In this document: positions 30,521 to 38,492 of the stretch, piece by piece
Layout: every line of letters begins with the position of its first letter
Numbering within the stretch: the stretch's first letter is position 1
Source of the DNA: Eubacteriales bacterium
GTDB taxonomy: Bacteria > Bacillota > Clostridia > Oscillospirales > SIG627
Direction: 5' to 3'
DNA: 60,011 nt
Assembly: GCA_045655865.1 (NCBI GenBank)
Contig: JAZOQB010000007.1
Coordinates: forward strand, 1-60,011
Notes under the pieces: generated by a model
The model's input: the letters and a program-made list of their open reading frames with translations, nothing else
The model's database searches: none
Told to the model about the DNA's origin: nothing
Program-made: the position numbers and the translations under genes

Positions 30521-31399
30521 TTATTCAATGTTTTGGATCTGCTCCCGGATCCTCTCGATTTCATTTTTTGCGTCGATCACAAGACGTGTGATCTCGATCA
30601 TGGAGCATTTTGAGCCAATGGTATTGACTTCCCGGTTTAGTTCTTGGGTGAGAAAGTCCATGGTCCTGCCGGAAGGGGTGTCTTGCCGGATCAGGTCACG
30701 GAATTGCTGAATGTGGCTGGAGAGACGTGTGATCTCTTCCCCGGTATCGATTTTATCAGCAATGATACCAACTTCGGTGAGAAGACGGTTTTCATCGATG
30801 GCCTTGTCCTGTAGGTACTCCTGAAGTCTTCCTTCCAGCTTTTGGCGATAAAGGGAGAGGGCTTGGGACGAATAGGTCCGGATTCCCTCCAGAATTTCTT
30901 CCATGCGGTCAAGCCGGGAATCCAAATCCCGGAAAAGATTTTCTCCTTCTCTTTCCCGCATGGCAAGAAAGGCATCCAGCGCCTGTTCTACCACCACCTC
31001 TACCGCGCGCCAAACCGTGTCGGCGTCTTCCTCTTTTACTTTTTTAGAAAAAATGTCGGAGAAACGGGAAACGGTGGAAACAGAAATATCCTCTCTCAAC
31101 CCGTGATTTTTCGCGATCTTCCGGAGTGCTTCCACATACTGCGCCGCCAGGGCGTCGTCCAAGGCGATCTCGGATAGATCCCCCGCGGGTCGATCCACGG
31201 AAAGATAAGCGTCTACCTTTCCTCGGGAGGCTTTTTTTTGGATCGCCTTTTTGATTTTTTCCTCCAAATAGCCGTAAAGGCGAGGCAGGCGAATGTTGGT
31301 GTCAAGATAACGGTTGTTTACAGAACGGATCTCAAAGGTAATGTCGTACCCTTCAATTTGCTGGGAACAACGGCCGTAACCGGTCATGCTTTTTAACAT
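30521..31399 (-). CDS. yicC: YicC/YloC family endoribonuclease
   Basis: SMTGYG, RSVNNRY, EEITRL, QELNREVNTIGSK, IREQIQNIE. Confidence 0.95.
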   Translation of the reverse strand: MLKSMTGYGRCSQQIEGYDITFEIRSVNNRYLDTNIRLPRLYGYLEEKIKKAIQKKASRGKVDAYLSVDRPAGDLSEIALDDALAAQYVEALRKIAKNHGLREDISVSTVSRFSDIFSKKVKEEDADTVWRAVEVVVEQALDAFLAMREREGENLFRDLDSRLDRMEEILEGIRTYSSQALSLYRQKLEGRLQEYLQDKAIDENRLLTEVGIIADKIDTGEEITRLSSHIQQFRDLIRQDTPSGRTMDFLTQELNREVNTIGSKCSMIEITRLVIDAKNEIERIREQIQNIE

Positions 31400-31452
31400 G
31401 GATCAAGGTTTCCTTTCTTCATAGATCCATAAAAGGACTATTTTATCAATAT

Positions 31453-31481
31453 AGTATACCAAACAGATGTGTCAAAGTCAA
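31453..31481 (-). promoter_or_regulatory. sigma-A promoter of the yicC...rsgA operon
   Basis: TTGACT-17-TATACT with extended TG on the minus strand. Confidence 0.8.
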
Positions 31482-31539
31482 GTAAAAGCCGCGGAAAAAG
31501 GGGATTTTGAGGTATTTTTTAAACTTTTTTCAGCGGTGG

Positions 31540-31568
31540 TTGCTCCCCGGAAAGAAAAGTGGTAAAAT
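31540..31568 (+). promoter_or_regulatory. sigma-A promoter of deoC-deoD
   Basis: TTGCTC-17-TAAAAT with extended TG. Confidence 0.65.
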
Positions 31569-31601
31569 AAAAAAGAATCCGACGATGAAAGGAGTTTTTC
31601 T

Positions 31602-32273
31602 ATGGATATTTCTAAGATTCTCTCTTGCACCGATCACACGCTTTTGTCTCCCACCGCCACATGGTTTGATATTCGCCACCTTTGCGATGAAGCCGTTACC
31701 TACAAAACCGCTTCGGTCTGCATTCCGCCTTCTTTTGTAAAAGCGGCGAAAAATTATTTGGGAGAGCAGATGCGCGTGTGTACCGTGATTGGTTTCCCCA
31801 ACGGCTACCATTCCCTTCGGGTCAAGGAATACGAGACCCAAAGCGCCCTGGCGGACGGAGCAGATGAAGTGGATATGGTCCTATCCCTGGGAGCGGTCAA
31901 GGAAGGGGATTTTCGATCCGTGGAAGATGAGATTTCTTTGATACGGCGTGCTGCACAGACAAAGACGCTGAAAGTGATCGTGGAGACGTGTCTTTTGACA
32001 CGGGAAGAGAAGATCCGGCTTTGCCGTGTGGTGGGAGAAGCCGGCGCGGATTATATCAAAACCTCCACCGGATTTTCCAAAAAAGGTGCTACGCCGGAGG
32101 ACGTTGCTCTTTTTGCTGAGAATATTAAGCCTCCGCTTCGCATTAAGGCGGCCGGCGGTATTTCTACCCTGGAGGATGCATGGCGCTTCCTTTCTTTGGG
32201 CGCGGACCGATTGGGAAGCAGCCGCGTGGTGAAACTTGTCCAAGAAATGCAGAATCAGGAGGAAAACGGATGA
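31602..32273 (+). CDS. deoC: Deoxyribose-phosphate aldolase
   Basis: DHTLL, TVIGFPNG, GADEVDMV, KVIVET, IKTSTG, KAAGGI. Confidence 0.97.
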   Translation: MDISKILSCTDHTLLSPTATWFDIRHLCDEAVTYKTASVCIPPSFVKAAKNYLGEQMRVCTVIGFPNGYHSLRVKEYETQSALADGADEVDMVLSLGAVKEGDFRSVEDEISLIRRAAQTKTLKVIVETCLLTREEKIRLCRVVGEAGADYIKTSTGFSKKGATPEDVALFAENIKPPLRIKAAGGISTLEDAWRFLSLGADRLGSSRVVKLVQEMQNQEENG

Positions 32274-33007
32274 ACGCTCCAACCCCACACATTCAAGCTG
32301 CTCCTGCAGATTTTGCCAAAACCGTTTTGATGCCGGGAGATCCTCTTCGAGCCCAATGGGTCGCTCAGACTTATTTGGAAAACCCGATCCTTGTGAACAA
32401 TGTCCGAGGCGTTCAGGGATACACCGGCCTTTTTGAAGGCCAGCGGGTCTCTGTGATGGCCAGCGGCATGGGGATGCCCTCCATGGCCATTTACGCCAAC
32501 GAGCTGTTTTCGGCTTTCGGCGTGGAAAACATTGTGCGCGTCGGTTCTGCCGGTGCGATGCAAAAAGAGGTTCGCATGCGGGATCTTGTGATCGCCCAGA
32601 GCGCCAGCACCGATTCTGGAATGGCAAAGGATTTTTCTCTTCCGGGCACCTTCGCTCCCACCGCCACCTTCTCTCTTCTGCGCATCGCCGTCGAGGAGGC
32701 GGAAAAAATGGGCCTTTCTTTCCACGTGGGAAATCTTCTTTCCTCGGATCATTTTTACCACGACGAAACGGATCTTCGCCCGGAGGAAACCTCGCTGGCT
32801 CGGTGGTCGAAAATGGGAGTTTTAGCGGTAGAAATGGAAGCGGCCGCGCTGTATATGACCGCAGCCCGTCTTGGAAAACGCGCTCTTGCCATTTGCACCG
32901 TCTCGGATCATCTTATTACCGGGGAAAAGACTACCAGCGCGGAACGGGAGACCTCTTTTACCGATATGATCAGCCTTTCACTGCGTTGTGCCTTGCGTTT
33001 TTCCTAA
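32270..33007 (+). CDS. deoD: Purine nucleoside phosphorylase (DeoD type)
   Basis: TPHI, MPGDPLRA, GMGMPS, RVGSAG, VEMEAA, TVSDH. Start trimmed to ATG 32270. Confidence 0.97.
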   Translation: MNAPTPHIQAAPADFAKTVLMPGDPLRAQWVAQTYLENPILVNNVRGVQGYTGLFEGQRVSVMASGMGMPSMAIYANELFSAFGVENIVRVGSAGAMQKEVRMRDLVIAQSASTDSGMAKDFSLPGTFAPTATFSLLRIAVEEAEKMGLSFHVGNLLSSDHFYHDETDLRPEETSLARWSKMGVLAVEMEAAALYMTAARLGKRALAICTVSDHLITGEKTTSAERETSFTDMISLSLRCALRFS

Positions 33008-33011
33008 AAGG

Positions 33012-33047
33012 AAAAAGGAAGACCGAAGCTTCGGTCTTCCTTTTTTT
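33012..33047 (+). terminator. Intrinsic terminator after deoD
   Basis: AAAAAGGAAGACCGAAG/CTTCGGTCTTCCTTTTT palindrome with T-tail. Confidence 0.9.
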
Positions 33048-33152
33048 GGACACAAAATGAATGCCCAACAAAACTATTATATAATAAAGATCATGATAAT
33101 TCAAGTGTTAAAATAACAGAAAAATAACAAAAATATTTGTGTAGGATGCGAA

Positions 33153-33181
33153 TTTACAAAACGGGCAAGTCATGGTAAGAT
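33153..33181 (+). promoter_or_regulatory. sigma-A-like promoter with no downstream protein gene
   Basis: TTTACA-17-TAAGAT with extended TG, located after the deoD terminator. Confidence 0.6.
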
Positions 33182-33235
33182 AAAGGCGTAAGAAGGAAAG
33201 AAAAAACGGGGCAAAAAGGACCCCGAACCTGAACA

Positions 33236-33320
33236 AGGAGGTACGGTCCAAAGAAGAAGATCCAGTGACCCGGATGTCCGGAGAAAAAGAGAATCATACC
33301 AGGAGGTACGGTCCCATGAA
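33236..33320 (+). repeat. Direct repeat AGGAGGTACGGTCC(A/C)A(A/T)GAA, two copies
   Basis: Copies start at 33236 and 33301; 14-nt exact core, 18/20 over the extended unit, each followed shortly by CAGTGA. Confidence 0.9.
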
Positions 33321-33336
33321 CAGTGAGGAACAGAAG

Positions 33337-33384
33337 TAACCCCGAACCGGTAGAAAAACCAAAGCCGGTTCGGGGTTATTTTTT
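33337..33384 (+). terminator. Terminator hairpin with T-tract on the + strand; may also serve the convergent ECF operon
   Basis: Perfect 14-bp stem TAACCCCGAACCGG/CCGGTTCGGGGTTA followed by T6. Confidence 0.85.
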
Positions 33385-33847
33385 AGAAGTTGAACGTTTC
33401 GACGCAAAGAAGGTATTGGGCCCCGTCCTTTAAAACAAGATCGGCAATGCCCACACTGGCGTAGCAATAACTGTGCCCTTTGATCTCCACCGGATCTCCG
33501 AAGGTGAACGCGCTGTCATCGGTATAAATGGCGATGTACTGGTTCTCTCCGGGTGTAAGGTCACAAAGACCGTTGAGGAAAGGACTTTCGCCCTCGGCAA
33601 TATCTGCTTGGAACTGGTCACGGTAAGCTTCGGATTTTATGGCATCATACAGGGTGGCTCCCTCTTCCAAGGTAGACAGGTCCAGTACAATGACCTGATC
33701 CTGTTCTCCGGAGATTATGACAGTGGCAGTGGGCAGGTTTTGGGTCTCTTCCGGCCCTGTGGTTCCGGTGCTTTCCTGCCCTTGTGCGCAGGACAGGAGA
33801 GAGAAGAGAAGGGTGAGGATGAGAAGGGATGTAACGATTTTTTTCAT
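33383..33847 (-). CDS. Lipoprotein with divergent DUF4430-like (transcobalamin beta-domain-like) fold
   Basis: Lipobox LLSC; TLYDAI...ASVGIADLVLKDG pattern; last gene of the riboswitch operon; AAAGGAG RBS. Confidence 0.65.
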   Translation of the reverse strand: MKKIVTSLLILTLLFSLLSCAQGQESTGTTGPEETQNLPTATVIISGEQDQVIVLDLSTLEEGATLYDAIKSEAYRDQFQADIAEGESPFLNGLCDLTPGENQYIAIYTDDSAFTFGDPVEIKGHSYCYASVGIADLVLKDGAQYLLCVETFNF

Positions 33848-33867
33848 GACAAAGCTCCTTTTTGTTA

Positions 33868-34545
33868 TTATTTCAAGCCGTACTTTTTGATCAACCGCTG
33901 AAAAATGCGCCGAAAAAGGGGAGTGAGCGCCAGAAGGAACAGCACGTTGGACAGCGCGTAGACCAATGTGACGGGCAAGGACGAGGTGAGAAAGAACAGG
34001 TATCGGGAAAGGTCAAAGTGCCCTTCTTGCCAAAGTGCGGTGAACAGGTCCATGCAAAGGGAAAACAGAACGCCGGAGAGCGCGCCGAAAAGGCACTGCA
34101 TCACACGGCTTTTTTTGATGGGCTTTGAGAACACACCGGAAAGAAATCCGATCAGCCCCCAGGATAGCATTTGAAACGGAGTCCACGGTCCCTGACCAAA
34201 GTAAAGATTGGAAAGCAGGGCGGAAAGAGAACCGCAGAGAAATCCTGCTTCAGCGCCGAAAAAGGCGCCGCAAAGAACGCTAATGGCCGTTACGGGCTTA
34301 AAAAAGGGAATGGGAGCAAACAGGACCCGCCCCGCGGCGCTCAGAGACACCATAGAGGCAATCAGGCTCAGGCGCCCGGCATTGTTTTGGCCTCGCTCCA
34401 ATCGCAGAAAAAAAGGAATGGGAGTCGCGCATGCGATCAAAACGGAGAGAAGAAGCCACTGCCGCCCCAGAAGAACAAGAACCAACAAAAACAAAAAAAG
34501 AATGGTACAGATAAGAATAAGCTGACTTCGGCGGCTTTTTTTCAC
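33868..34545 (-). CDS. ECF transporter S component, CbrT-like (cobalamin)
   Basis: Hydrophobic; PFFKPVTAI, G-x3-G, LSNLYFGQGPWTPFQM; in a B12-riboswitch operon. Confidence 0.85.
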   Translation of the reverse strand: MKKSRRSQLILICTILFLFLLVLVLLGRQWLLLSVLIACATPIPFFLRLERGQNNAGRLSLIASMVSLSAAGRVLFAPIPFFKPVTAISVLCGAFFGAEAGFLCGSLSALLSNLYFGQGPWTPFQMLSWGLIGFLSGVFSKPIKKSRVMQCLFGALSGVLFSLCMDLFTALWQEGHFDLSRYLFFLTSSLPVTLVYALSNVLFLLALTPLFRRIFQRLIKKYGLK

Positions 34546-36122
34546 GGCGTTACCTCCAGTCTTGCAATCAGATCTTCTGTTGTAAAGGAACAGGGAATGA
34601 TCCCCCGGGTCAAGCGGACGGCGGGGGGAGAAAAGTAGTGAGCCGAGTTGAAAAAATCTCGGGCCGGACTCAGAGAAAGAACCTGACCGTCAAAAATCAA
34701 TCCGCAGCGATCCGCGGATCTTGCGGCAAATTCCAGGTCGTGGCTGACGCAGATCACGCTCACGCCCTTTTCTTTTTCTTCCCGTAAGAGACGCAAAAGA
34801 GCTTTTTTTCCTTTGGGATCCATTCCCTTGGTTGGCTCGTCCAAAAGGAGAAGATCTGGGCGTTTGAGTAACGTTATGGCTACTGCGGCCCGTTGTCGCT
34901 CGCCGCCGGAAACATCCAGAATGTTATGATCTAAGAGCGTCTCCAGAGAAAGGGCAGAAATCAGCTTGTTCCGACTTTCATCATCTCCGTATCTCTCAAG
35001 GTCATCTCCGATGGTTTCTTCCGAAAAGAGCATCCGGGCATCCTGGGGAAGGATTGCCATTCGCAGCCCCTTTTCTTTTTTGATTTTACCCCGCAGAAGA
35101 GAGGTTTGTCCTGCAAGGGCGTTCAAGACGGTGCTTTTTCCGCAACCGCTGATCCCCAAAAGAAAGAGGATCTCTCCGGAATCAATTTCCAGATTCGCAC
35201 CTCGCAAAACGTCTTTTCCTTCTTTTTCATAGCGAAAATAACCGTCTTTCATCGAAAGTATGACCTTTTTTGGAAGGATATGGGTCTGGGGTTTGTCCGG
35301 AACGGAAAGGAAACGAGCGGCGTTTTCCCCGAGAAGCTTCCTTCCCTCTTTCACGGTTAAGGGAACAGGGGCGTCTCCGGACAAGGCAAGTCCCAGCTGG
35401 GCTTGAGCGGGAATCCAGTCAGAAAAGCCGGATTCTTTCAAGCGTGGAAGAATCTCTCTGGGATTTCCTGTGTCCACCACGTTCCCCTCCTTCATTACCA
35501 CCACCCGGTCCACAATTGGGAAGAAGGGCTCCGGTCGCTGCTCGCACAGGAGGATGGTGGTGCCGTATTCTTGGTTGATGCGTCGGAGAAGAGCGACCAA
35601 TTCCATGGTCGTTACCGGATCCAGAGCAGAGGTTGGCTCGTCCAGGAGAAGCAGAGAGGGGGTAGCGGTCAACAGGGAAGCGATGGACAACAGTTGCTTT
35701 TGTCCTCCGGAGAGAGAGTCGGTATCTCGGTGAAAAAGTTCCTGAAGGCCAAAGGCGGCAGCCACTTCGCCCACACGCAGACGCATGGTATCCTGGGGCA
35801 TCCCCAAGTTTTCCGGTTGAAAGGCCAATTCATGCCACACTTTATCGGTGACCAGAGATATCTGGGCATCCTGGCGCACCAAGGCCACGCCCTGAGTGTG
35901 TTCCGTTAAAGTTTCCCCCGCCAAGCGGATCTGTCCGCTTTTTTCTCCCACCGGAAACAGGGAGGGGGTCAAAAGGGACAACAGGGTACTTTTTCCGCTT
36001 CCGCTTTCACCCAGGATCATGCAGAATTCACCGGCTTCTACAGAAAGTGAAAAATCTTCCAAGGCTTTTTTCGTTTTCCCCGGGTAAGAAAAATTTAGAT
36101 TTTGGATTTCAAGATACGCCAC
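34542..36122 (-). CDS. ECF transporter ATPase with two fused NBDs
   Basis: GESGSGKS/LSGGQ/LLDEPT and GISGCGKS/VSGGE/LLDEPT. Confidence 0.93.
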   Translation of the reverse strand: MAYLEIQNLNFSYPGKTKKALEDFSLSVEAGEFCMILGESGSGKSTLLSLLTPSLFPVGEKSGQIRLAGETLTEHTQGVALVRQDAQISLVTDKVWHELAFQPENLGMPQDTMRLRVGEVAAAFGLQELFHRDTDSLSGGQKQLLSIASLLTATPSLLLLDEPTSALDPVTTMELVALLRRINQEYGTTILLCEQRPEPFFPIVDRVVVMKEGNVVDTGNPREILPRLKESGFSDWIPAQAQLGLALSGDAPVPLTVKEGRKLLGENAARFLSVPDKPQTHILPKKVILSMKDGYFRYEKEGKDVLRGANLEIDSGEILFLLGISGCGKSTVLNALAGQTSLLRGKIKKEKGLRMAILPQDARMLFSEETIGDDLERYGDDESRNKLISALSLETLLDHNILDVSGGERQRAAVAITLLKRPDLLLLDEPTKGMDPKGKKALLRLLREEKEKGVSVICVSHDLEFAARSADRCGLIFDGQVLSLSPARDFFNSAHYFSPPAVRLTRGIIPCSFTTEDLIARLEVTP

Positions 36123-36970
36123 CGGATTTTCTCCTTTCGTTCTAAAATACCGGGAAACAGAGAGAGGGGAAGAAGGGTAAGATAGGAAAACAGATAAGAT
36201 CCCTTTTCATAAGAAAAGGTTGGATAAAAGGAAAATCGAAAAGCGCCGAAAAAAGTCAAGAGAAGAAAGAAAAGAAGGGCGAGCGCGAAAAGAAAAATAC
36301 AGATCCAATCTCGCTTTGACAGAGAGAAAATGGAGTAACAACTGCGTTTTCCCCGGCCGTAGCCGCGAGCGGTGATGCCTGCGGCAATTTCAAAACTTTC
36401 CTCAATGGTTAAGGACGTTCCGACGGCGAAAACATTGGCTGCCAAACGGATTTTTTGAAGATATCCTCTGTCTTCTCCGGCGCTTTGGAGTCGGTACAAT
36501 TCCACCAGCCTTCGTTGAAAACGGGGGAAAAAGCGCATCGCCATGGAAAGCAGCAGCGCCAGCCTGGGAAAGGGCTTTCCCAGAAGGAACAGAAAACTTT
36601 CCTGGGAGATCTCTTTGGAAAAAAGTGTACACCACAAGAGGAGTTGAGACAGGGAAAGACCTCCTTGCGCTCCGGACATGAGGGCCTCCAGGGTGATGGG
36701 CTTGGAATTGAGAAAGAGAAGTATGGTCTCTCCTCGGTGAGAAAAGAGGGGATTGATCAGAGCCATTGCGAGAGAAAAAAGAAGTAAGAGACCCAAAGAA
36801 TGAAGGAGGGCGGCCGGTCCATTTCTCTCAGCTTGCCAGAAAAGCGCACCTAAAAGGAGAATGAGCGAAAGAAAGGGGTTTTGCCCCCAAAAGGAAAACA
36901 GGATCACACAGAGGGCAAAAAGCCCCTGACAGACCGGGTGAAGTCGGGAAAATTCTGTTTTTCCCATCAT
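36095..36970 (-). CDS. ECF transporter transmembrane T component
   Basis: LHP, INPLFSHRG, LSMAMRFFP, ARGY coupling motif. Confidence 0.92.
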   Translation of the reverse strand: MMGKTEFSRLHPVCQGLFALCVILFSFWGQNPFLSLILLLGALFWQAERNGPAALLHSLGLLLLFSLAMALINPLFSHRGETILLFLNSKPITLEALMSGAQGGLSLSQLLLWCTLFSKEISQESFLFLLGKPFPRLALLLSMAMRFFPRFQRRLVELYRLQSAGEDRGYLQKIRLAANVFAVGTSLTIEESFEIAAGITARGYGRGKRSCYSIFSLSKRDWICIFLFALALLFFLLLTFFGAFRFSFYPTFSYEKGSYLFSYLTLLPLSLFPGILERKEKIRWRILKSKI

Positions 36971-37491
36971 GAAATATCCTCTCCCAGGTTACAGCTATAC
37001 ACCCACTGTACCCGGTCTCCGTCCAAAAGGATCACTTGATCGGCACTTTTGGATACGGTGTTCCCGTTGACGGTATACATCCACCCGGAAAGATCTCCGC
37101 AGTCCCGTTCAAATAAAGGCCCGATTCCCACAAGATAGACTCCGTTTCCCTCGCTTCCCTGAAAAGAGATAGGAAATCCCACTTCCCGGGATGCCCGGGA
37201 GAGGAGGGAGAATACCGTATCTCCGTCGTAAAGGGGCATGGAGCATTCCGCTAAGAGCGCGCCGCCTTGAGGAAGACGTTCTCTTGTTTGCGAGGAAAGG
37301 GCATCGGAATCAAGGGCATTGTCACAAAAAATTCCCAGAGTCACGTTTCCGATGATTTCTCCCGCATCCGCTTTTTTGTAGTATTCTTCCGGGGATTCGA
37401 TCTGCAAAAGGCCCAGTCCCCAAAAAAGGAGAAATCCTGCGGCCAATAGAATCAAAAGAGATGCTGAGTAAAAAATAATTTTCTTTTTCAT
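36967..37491 (-). CDS. Membrane-anchored DUF4430 (transcobalamin-like C-terminal domain) protein
   Basis: N-terminal TM; DTVFSLL, YLVGIG-L-E-DCG-SGWMYTVNG, LLDGDRVQWVYS. Confidence 0.85.
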   Translation of the reverse strand: MKKKIIFYSASLLILLAAGFLLFWGLGLLQIESPEEYYKKADAGEIIGNVTLGIFCDNALDSDALSSQTRERLPQGGALLAECSMPLYDGDTVFSLLSRASREVGFPISFQGSEGNGVYLVGIGPLFERDCGDLSGWMYTVNGNTVSKSADQVILLDGDRVQWVYSCNLGEDIS

Positions 37492-38492
37492 TTTGTTTTA
37501 CCAAAATCAAAGATCGATCCTTTTCCTTCCTGTTGAAATTTTATGGATAAAAAGGCCATCAAGGCTTGGTGAGTGGCCATTGTGCTGGAATTTTCATCCT
37601 TTTTTTTCATGGCAAAGCCCCCATCGCTTCTCTGGAATGCCATCAGGGCTGTAACGGGATCCGCCTCTTTTTGAAAAAGGGGATCTTTTTTGGCATCCAT
37701 TCCCAGAGCGGAAAGGGCAAGGATCACCTGAGAGATGCTGGCGGCATTTTCTTCCCCATAACTTTCAAAACCGCCGGAAGAAAGCTGATTTTTAGATAAA
37801 AAGTCCAGGGCACGCTCGATCCCCGCCTCCACGCCTTCTTCATTCCGATAAAAAGAAAGGGCGGTGATTGCCATGGCCGTCAGATCCACGTCGGAGGGAA
37901 GTTTGCCCATGGCAAATCCTCCGTCTTCGCGCTGTGCGGATAGAAGGAGAGTGATAAGGTCAAAGGTGGATTGAAAGGCCGCTTTCGGCGGCGTTGTTTC
38001 GCTTCCTCCCAAAAGGATCAACGCCCAAATAATCCCGTTGACGCCTTGAGAGGACAGATCCTTGACCCTTCCCCGATCAAAACTGGATTGGGCCAAAAGA
38101 TCAATTCCGCCGAAATGGCGAACATCCCCTCCCAAAGCCATAGCACAAAGGCATATTCTTTGCAGTTCTGTGACAAGGGTTCCGGCAAGTCCTTTTTCTG
38201 AGGAGACCGTCTTTTCAAGGACCGTCTCCAGGCTTTCCAAATATCGGTCTTTTCCTTGGACCTCACCCTGCAGGGCAAGGCAGAAGGCCAGCCAGTCCGA
38301 TTCGGTCGTTCCCGCTTGCCCCTCCAGCCGGGAAAAGAGATCTCCATCGTTTTCTACTCCCCACGCTTCCCGTTCCCGAGAAAGGATCTTTTCTATGGGG
38401 TCTTCCTGTACCGTTTTGCCACAGGAGGAAAAACAGGAAAGCAGGAGAAACAGCGACAGACATCCACTAAGAATTCGAAGAGTTGGTTTCAT
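37488..38492 (-). CDS. Lipoprotein with prenyltransferase/squalene-oxidase (alpha/alpha toroid) repeats
   Basis: Signal peptide with lipobox-like Cys; three Q-x-x-(D/S)-GGF repeats (QREDGGF, QLSSGGF, QRSDGGF); DVDLTAMAITAL; QGVNG. Confidence 0.85.
   Translation of the reverse strand: MKPTLRILSGCLSLFLLLSCFSSCGKTVQEDPIEKILSREREAWGVENDGDLFSRLEGQAGTTESDWLAFCLALQGEVQGKDRYLESLETVLEKTVSSEKGLAGTLVTELQRICLCAMALGGDVRHFGGIDLLAQSSFDRGRVKDLSSQGVNGIIWALILLGGSETTPPKAAFQSTFDLITLLLSAQREDGGFAMGKLPSDVDLTAMAITALSFYRNEEGVEAGIERALDFLSKNQLSSGGFESYGEENAASISQVILALSALGMDAKKDPLFQKEADPVTALMAFQRSDGGFAMKKKDENSSTMATHQALMAFLSIKFQQEGKGSIFDFGKTK

Larger units (their letters stand above)
33188..33384 (+). ncRNA. Candidate small RNA (~200 nt) with duplicated SD-containing motif and 7-codon mini-ORF
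   Basis: Bounded by a promoter and a plus-oriented terminator; two copies of AGGAGGTACGGTCC; short hairpins; no long ORF. Confidence 0.55.

Noticed and set aside
33070-33115. Possible dif site in the AT-rich palindromic stretch
   Set aside because: No 11-6-11 layout with a TTATGTTAAA/TTATGTAAA-like XerD arm.
33236-33320. Mini-CRISPR interpretation of the duplicated 14-mer
   Set aside because: Only two copies, too short, non-palindromic, and no cas genes in the window.
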